The notes under the pieces were generated by a model. It searched no databases. It saw only the letters and a list, made by a program, of their open reading frames with translations, and had not been told where the DNA came from. From assembly GCA_947478395.1 (NCBI GenBank), contig CANJVR010000003.1, positions 451,421 to 515,420 on the forward strand: a stretch of DNA of 64,000 bases. The letters are read 5' to 3'. The position numbers and the translations under genes were made by a program. This stretch comes from Opitutia bacterium (GTDB taxonomy: Bacteria > Verrucomicrobiota > Verrucomicrobiia > Opitutales > Opitutaceae). Below are positions 58,376 to 64,000 of this stretch, piece after piece. Within the stretch, counting starts at the first letter, position 1. Every line of letters begins with the position of its first letter.

Positions 58376-59731
58376 TTATTCTTCGGGCTTGAGGGTGTGG
58401 AGGGCGGGGAGGCGGCGCAGGGCGGGGACCTGTTTGGCGACCAGCGCGGCGACGGCGATCGTCCCGAGCCCACCCCAGATTACGGCGGCGACCGGTCCCA
58501 CGACGGCCGCCATGAGGCCGGCGCGGAGGGCGCCGAGTTCGTTGGAGGAGCCGATGAAGATCTGGTTGACCGCGGTCACGCGGCCGCGGAGGGAGTCGGG
58601 CGTGAGGAGTTGCACCAAGGACTGGCGCACGACGACGCTGATATTGTCGAACACGCCGGTGAAGAATAACGCGATGAGCGAGAGCCAGAACCAGGTGGAG
58701 AAACCAAAGACCACAATCGACGCGCCGAAGCCCGCGACCGTCCACAAGAGCGCACGTCCGGGATGCTGGAGGGGCGCACGGTGGGCGAGCCACATGGCCA
58801 TACCAAAGGCCCCGATCGACGGCGCCGCACGCAACCAGCCAAGACCGATGGGGCCGACGTGGAGGATGTCGGCCGCGTAGATCGGCAACAACGCCGTTGC
58901 ACCCCCGAGCAACACGGCAAACAGATCGAGCGTGCTCGCGCCTAGGATCACGGGTCGGCGCCAGATGAAGTCCGCGCCCCCGAGCATGTCACGCCACGTG
59001 CGGTGACCTTGGGTCGGTTTGGGCGGCGTCAAATAGTGCACGCGGCGGAGGAGCCCATAAAAGGTGAGCTCGAGGGCCACGGCGATGCCGTACACGAAGT
59101 GAAAACCCCCGAAGGCGATGAGGAACCCGCCGATGGCCGGCCCGACCATGGTGGCGATCTCAAACGTGCTGGAGCTCCACGTGACGGCGTTGCTCAAGTG
59201 CGCGCTCGGCAACAACAGCGGCGGAAAACTACTACGCGCCGGCCAGATCAAGATGCGTACCGTCGCGATGGCGAGGAGCAGGAGGAAAACCAGCGGGAGC
59301 GCGGGATCGGTAAAGTGGAGCGAAGCCGGATCGACGTGGCGCTCGAAGAGCAGGGCGGTGGAGCGGAGCACGCCGTTGGCCCAGCGCAACGGGGCGAGGT
59401 CCGGAACGCTGCTATGATAATAGGACAACAAGGCGAGGGCGGTACCGAGGAGTGCCGAGACGCCAGAGCCGAGGGCGATGATGCGGCGGCGGTCGTAGCG
59501 ATCGGCTAGCGCTCCGGCGGGCAAGGACAGCGCGAGCAAGGGCAACATGTTGACCAAGCCGACGAGACCTAGGGCGGTCGCGGAGTGGGTCCATTGGTAG
59601 ATTTCCCACGTGACGGCGACGCCGACGGCTTGACGACCGAGCAAAGAGAGGAAACTGCCGATGAGATAAGCTCGGTAGTTGGGAACGCGCAGGGCGGCGT
59701 AAGGGTCGTGCGGCGCGGAGGAGACGGTCAT
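58376..59731 (-). CDS. MFS transporter (EntS/DHA3-like)
   Basis: GALADRYDRRR motif A, GPAIGG, LDLFAVLLGG..ALLP, TPDSLRGRV, IGSSNELG. Confidence 0.9.
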   Translation of the reverse strand: MTVSSAPHDPYAALRVPNYRAYLIGSFLSLLGRQAVGVAVTWEIYQWTHSATALGLVGLVNMLPLLALSLPAGALADRYDRRRIIALGSGVSALLGTALALLSYYHSSVPDLAPLRWANGVLRSTALLFERHVDPASLHFTDPALPLVFLLLLAIATVRILIWPARSSFPPLLLPSAHLSNAVTWSSSTFEIATMVGPAIGGFLIAFGGFHFVYGIAVALELTFYGLLRRVHYLTPPKPTQGHRTWRDMLGGADFIWRRPVILGASTLDLFAVLLGGATALLPIYAADILHVGPIGLGWLRAAPSIGAFGMAMWLAHRAPLQHPGRALLWTVAGFGASIVVFGFSTWFWLSLIALFFTGVFDNISVVVRQSLVQLLTPDSLRGRVTAVNQIFIGSSNELGALRAGLMAAVVGPVAAVIWGGLGTIAVAALVAKQVPALRRLPALHTLKPEE

Positions 59732-60108
59732 GGTTTGGCCGGACGTTTAGCAGTCGGCGTGCTAAAAACCGCGGGCAGGGGGTTGGTTAAAAAAGACCCC
59801 GTCCGAGTGGGACGGGGTGGGAGGAGGTGTAGGGACGGCAGCTTGGAGAACATCACGAGCGGTCCGGTGGGCAAACCTCTAGGCGGGGCGAAACCCGGTA
59901 TCCGTGTTGCCATCGTGCGGGCCAACCAAATTGAGCATCGCGATTATGAACTCAGCGAATCGCCCGGGCCAGCCGGCAGGCTGCGACGACCGAAGAAATT
60001 GTGGCTGGATGAAATGTAGAATCGTTCAACGGTGATGAGCATCAGAGGGCGCCAGCAAGGCGCAGCCTAAGGTCTGTGACAAGGCGGAGAAACCCGGCGG
60101 GCGGCCCC

Positions 60109-60138
60109 AAAAAAGGCGGCCGGAAAATCCGGCCGCCT
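60109..60138 (-). terminator. Intrinsic terminator of the TonB receptor gene
   Basis: AGGCGGCCGGA-aaa-TCCGGCCGCCT stem with an A-run on the plus strand (U-tract on minus). Confidence 0.82.
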
Positions 60139-60177
60139 AGAGAGGGTGATTTAAGCGAGGCGTTTGAACGCCGTTAC

Positions 60178-63138
60178 TTAGTAATCGTAGGAAACGCTGA
60201 TACGAACGTAGCGCGACGTCTGGAAGGACGTGGGCAGGTTGTACGTGGGGCTCGGGACATTCAGGCCGGTCTCGGCGACGTTATTATACTCGGTGGCGGT
60301 GTGCTGATTCAAGGCGTTGAACACATCCAGGCCGAAGCCGAGTTTGTCGGCGGCCCAGCGGGGACGATACTTCAAGGTCAAATCGATCTGGTTATTCCAA
60401 GGCGTACGGCCCGCAGAACCACGCGGGGTGGGTTTGCTGTTGGAGAAGAACGAAGCCGCGCCGTATTGGGAAGCGAACAGATCGGTGGGGTGGAAACCGA
60501 GTTCGTTCTTGGGCGTGCCGGACTCGAGGCGGAAGTTGCCGCCGAGCTGGAATTCCTTGGTCAGGTTGTACGCGCCGAAGACCTTGAACTTGTGGCGACG
60601 GTCGTTGGCGAGGTAGCCGGTGCTATGGTCCATCAAGCCGGGATGGTCAAAGAGGACCGTGAGGCCGGCATCGGTCTGGCCGTTGTCGGAGAGCACGGAG
60701 CCTTCGTCGTTACCCCAGCTGTAGGACTGGGTGTAGGAGCCTTGGAGCATCCATTTACCGTTGTAGGCTTTTTCGAAGAAAACTTCGGCGCCGACGTATT
60801 GACGCTTGGCCTTGGGGAATTTGAGCTCCGCCGGAGTGAAACTGACCGCGCGGAGGCCTTTGCCATCACCGAAGTCCACGAAGGTGGTCATAGGCTGGCC
60901 AGGGTTGGTGAGGACGTAATAATCGTTACCACCGCCGGCGAAGCCCTTGATGTTGTTCTTGGCAGCGTAGGCGTTAAGCGTCTCGTCGATAGCTTCGTCT
61001 TCGATGAAGCGTCCCACGTTGCGATAGGTACCGCGAACGCCGACCGTCCAATCTTTGTTCAGCTGTTTTTGATAGCCGAGAATATACTCATCTTGATACA
61101 TCGGCTTGAGGTTGCGATCGACAATCTCGAGGGGATTGTGGATTTCACCACTGGCGAATACGTTGCGGCCGCCAATTTGGGCGCCGATGTTAGGGGTAGA
61201 GTCGGCTTTAAGGCCGGTAAGGGCATAGTATTCTTCGTAGTAAGTTTCGCCACCGGCGAGACGGATGTTGGTGTTGGTGGCGATGGGCAGGTAATAACGG
61301 CCGTAATTGGCGAAGATTTTAGATTTACCGTTCTTTTCCACATCGAAGGAGGCGCCGAGACGGGGAGCGAGCTGGTTATTAATCTTCACGAAGGTCGCGC
61401 CTTGGGAGTTGCGATTATCAAAGCCTTCATTGCGGAGTCCGAGACTCAGGAGCAATTGATCATCGAGCAGCTTCCAGTTGTCTTCAGCGTAGTAGGCGTT
61501 GGTCAGGGTTTGGAAGGCACCGCCGTTGGCGTAGATACGCTTGCGAGCGTATTCGGTCACGCCGGCCGGAACGATGCCACCGTTGGCGAGGGTTTTGCCT
61601 GGGGCCGTGACGACATAGCGCCAGTAAACGCCACCGGAGTAAGCTTGGAGGCTGTTGGAGGCGTTGTCTTCGCGGTCGAGACCGAAGCGGAGTTGGTGAG
61701 CACCGGCGAATTTGAAGCTATAGTCACCGTCGATACGCATGGCTTTGCGCGTGTCCTCGAGCGTGGTCGGCTGGGCGGTGGTCGCCTTGCTGATCAGAAT
61801 CGCGGTACCGGAGCGGGCATCAAGTACGTAAGGGATGCTGTCGCCGGCGCCGGCATCAGTGAAGTTGGCGGTGCTCTTGCCGTAAAGGGCCGAGAGATTG
61901 AAGGCTTCGGTGAGTTTGCCGGAGTAGCGGAAGATGTAGTCTTTACCACCGCGCTTGGCTTCGGAACTGCCATTGGAGGCGCCGATAGCGCCGGTGGCGT
62001 AAGTGTAGTCGAGGGTCTCGGTTTCGGTCTTACGTTTGTCGGAGATGGCCGTGAGTTCGAAGCTGTGGTTGTCGCTCACATTCCAGTCAAGCTTGGTGCC
62101 GTAGAACGGATCCTTGCTGCGCGCGCGGCTGAAGGTCGAAACGCCAGCGCCTTCAGATTTGTTGTCGCGGGCGTTGTAGAGGCCGTAGAAAAACAGCTTG
62201 TTTTTAATCAGCGCGCCACTCGCGTAAACGTTGGCGTTAAGCGAGCTGGAATCACTGCGGGTACGATTGATGTAAGGCGAGCCGTTGGGCTGGTTGACGC
62301 TGGGTGCGCGGGAAGCGAGTTGCTCGGGTTCGTAGTAAATATTCGCGCCGGCCTTAAAGGTGTTACCGCCACGTTTGGTGGTGGTGTTGATCACGCCACC
62401 GGTCGAGCGACCGAACTCCGCACCGTAGCCGCCGGTCTTAACTTGGAACTGGTCGTAAAATTCGAAGGGCACGCTACCGCCACCGAGACCGTTGCGGGCG
62501 TTGGTGAGGTTAAAGCCGTTCACGTAGTAAGCATTTTCACCGACGGAAGAACCCCCGAAAGAAGCGAGATTGCCGAAGGCGGCGACGCCTTGGGTCGTGC
62601 CGGGTGCGAGGAGCGCGACCGCCGTGGTGTTGCGAGCCACCGGGAGTTGCTTAATAACCTGCTGGTTGAATACCGTGACGGATTCAACCGAGGAAACGTC
62701 GATCGGGGAAACGGAGCCAGCGCTAACGCTGAATTTCTCGAGCGAGATCACGTCGGACTTGGCGCCGAAGCGAACCGAGGATCCGGTACCGAGGTTGACG
62801 CTAACGCTTTCAACCACTTGGTCAGGCTGACCCTTGGCCTTGAGGGTGACTTTGTAGTCACCGACTGGGAGGGAGGAAATACGGTAGTTGCCCGAGGCAT
62901 CGGCCACAGCGTCGCGTTTTTGACCCGTCGTGAGACTGACCGCGGAAACCGCGGAGCCAGCCGGAGCGCCTGCCCCGTAGATATAACCTTCAGTGTTACT
63001 TTGAGCGTAACCGACTGAAGTAACGAGGGTTAAAAGCGCCACCGTCAGTGCCGCCGTAGCGACAGAGGCAGTGAAACTCACGGATACAATCAGAGCGCTC
63101 AACGGCGCTCGTAGGCTATCGAATGGTTTATGATTCAT
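60178..63138 (-). CDS. TonB-dependent outer-membrane receptor, Oar-like, with N-terminal carboxypeptidase-regulatory-like domain
   Basis: DASGNYRISSLPVGDY, LPVARN...ALLAPG, ENAYYVNG, GGYGAEFGRSTGGVIN plug, LAPRLG, C-terminal RYVRISVSYDY barrel end. Confidence 0.93.
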   Translation of the reverse strand: MNHKPFDSLRAPLSALIVSVSFTASVATAALTVALLTLVTSVGYAQSNTEGYIYGAGAPAGSAVSAVSLTTGQKRDAVADASGNYRISSLPVGDYKVTLKAKGQPDQVVESVSVNLGTGSSVRFGAKSDVISLEKFSVSAGSVSPIDVSSVESVTVFNQQVIKQLPVARNTTAVALLAPGTTQGVAAFGNLASFGGSSVGENAYYVNGFNLTNARNGLGGGSVPFEFYDQFQVKTGGYGAEFGRSTGGVINTTTKRGGNTFKAGANIYYEPEQLASRAPSVNQPNGSPYINRTRSDSSSLNANVYASGALIKNKLFFYGLYNARDNKSEGAGVSTFSRARSKDPFYGTKLDWNVSDNHSFELTAISDKRKTETETLDYTYATGAIGASNGSSEAKRGGKDYIFRYSGKLTEAFNLSALYGKSTANFTDAGAGDSIPYVLDARSGTAILISKATTAQPTTLEDTRKAMRIDGDYSFKFAGAHQLRFGLDREDNASNSLQAYSGGVYWRYVVTAPGKTLANGGIVPAGVTEYARKRIYANGGAFQTLTNAYYAEDNWKLLDDQLLLSLGLRNEGFDNRNSQGATFVKINNQLAPRLGASFDVEKNGKSKIFANYGRYYLPIATNTNIRLAGGETYYEEYYALTGLKADSTPNIGAQIGGRNVFASGEIHNPLEIVDRNLKPMYQDEYILGYQKQLNKDWTVGVRGTYRNVGRFIEDEAIDETLNAYAAKNNIKGFAGGGNDYYVLTNPGQPMTTFVDFGDGKGLRAVSFTPAELKFPKAKRQYVGAEVFFEKAYNGKWMLQGSYTQSYSWGNDEGSVLSDNGQTDAGLTVLFDHPGLMDHSTGYLANDRRHKFKVFGAYNLTKEFQLGGNFRLESGTPKNELGFHPTDLFASQYGAASFFSNSKPTPRGSAGRTPWNNQIDLTLKYRPRWAADKLGFGLDVFNALNQHTATEYNNVAETGLNVPSPTYNLPTSFQTSRYVRISVSYDY

Positions 63139-63398
63139 TAGTTGCCAGGTTGGGGTTGTGAAAAACGCACTTTTGGGTCAAAGTCGCGCGTGTGACTTGC
63201 CTGGAATAATCGAGTTAAATTATTTATGCGCAACGCTATTTTACGATCGCTCCCGAAGGGACCTCGGCCCAATCCACGAGCGACCTAAAGGGCTTCGCCC
63301 CCGTATCGGTCTCATCCGCCAATTACTGGGAAGCTCCCTGGCCGGAAATTTCCCTAAGTTTACACGCCGAGAATTCGGTCAACCCAGCCCCGCGCGAG

Positions 63399-63793
63399 CT
63401 CAAGCCGTACGGTGCATCGAACACGATCTCGGCGGACATGGTATCGACGGGCTAGCGTAGCGGTCTTGCTGCATCAGCGACCCGCCCGCGATCTCTCCCC
63501 CTGTCGCCCGCCGGGTACGTTGAGTAACCCCATCGGCGCGAACGCGCACGATGGGGCCTGAAAATGGTGGAGGTGGTGGGAGTTGAAACCAGATTTTATG
63601 GTTATGTAAATATTTGGAAATTAAGTAACTGCATCACGCCCAGCGACTCGAAGCTTTTTGGCGTTTTGCAGGCTTTGGCAGGAGTTGGCGCCAAGAGGCA
63701 TGAATGTTGGCAGGAATCTGACAGGAATTTTTCAGGGGATACTCCCAAGGAAAATCCCAAGAACACGGGGATATTCCGAGGGTGGGGGCAGTG
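63399..63793 (-). mobile_element. att-like junction copy D: most complete (left arm, tmRNA-end core, right arm with arm-type repeats)
   Basis: Core 63565-63590 TGGTGGAGGTGGTGGGAGTTGAAACC; hairpin CCCCATCG-GCGCG-aa-CGCGC-a-CGATGGGG; right arm with TGGCAGGA x2 and TGACAGGA. Confidence 0.83.
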
Positions 63794-63844
63794 GCGCTTG
63801 GGATTGCCAACCACCACCGCAGTCATCACATCAACCAACGCTGC

Positions 63845-63885
63845 GGACTAACACTCCACCTGGCCCAGTTTTCGGGACCCGCTCA
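63845..63885 (+). mobile_element. Possible IS3-family right terminal end remnant
   Basis: GGACTAACACTCCACCTGGCCCAGTTTTCGGGACCCGCTCA resembles IS3/IS407-group ends terminating in CA; recognised from memory of the pattern only. Confidence 0.3.
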
Positions 63886-64000
63886 AATTTCTGCCGGCCC
63901 TTAGGCAGGCCCCTCTAGCAACCCCGTCTCCAGCTTGAGCACATCGATAAAATTCTTCACGGGAGCGGAGGTCTCATTTTTTAACCACACCGCCCTGATC

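Noticed and set aside
60076..63018. 980-aa plus-strand ORF
   Set aside because: Antisense shadow of the TonB receptor; no recognisable motifs.
63430..63475. Resemblance of GGACATGGTATCGACGGG...GCTGCA to a tmRNA 5' end
   Set aside because: Opposite strand to the 3'-end core and lacks the GGGG acceptor strand; cannot form a tmRNA.

Overview
GC-rich bacterial window, most likely Opitutaceae (Verrucomicrobiota). This is inferred from the Opitutus-type duplicated 'RLINLSSRA...GF.V.G...ALIEIYEVP' C-terminal module and the Opitutus-style LacI. The left half (1-~32 kb) is mostly housekeeping: RND adaptor, LysM protein, two AEC transporters, cystathionine gamma-synthase-like enzyme, xth, cinA, ABC exporter, HI0933 flavoprotein, Ca2+/H+ antiporter, Tex and TlpA, plus hexuronate/pectin genes (ogl-like, SSS symporter, SDRs, LacI, uxaE, uxaC). 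The right half (~32-64 kb) is an accessory mosaic with two main highlights. (1) A stand-alone bacterial nitric-oxide synthase oxygenase lies just downstream of a 54-aa twin-CDGSH [2Fe-2S] miniprotein, a candidate redox partner or NO sensor. (2) At least six dispersed, co-oriented copies of an att-like junction built around the tmRNA 3' end (47.2, 48.2, 53.8, 55.4, 56.9, 63.4 kb) separate unrelated cargo blocks, with no integrase in the window. The cargo is a TA pair, a DUF1592/DUF1552/ankyrin operon, TlpA, a methyltransferase, and fasciclin/SOUL/MFS/TonB receptor genes. All calls come from motif recognition by eye; no database searches were run.
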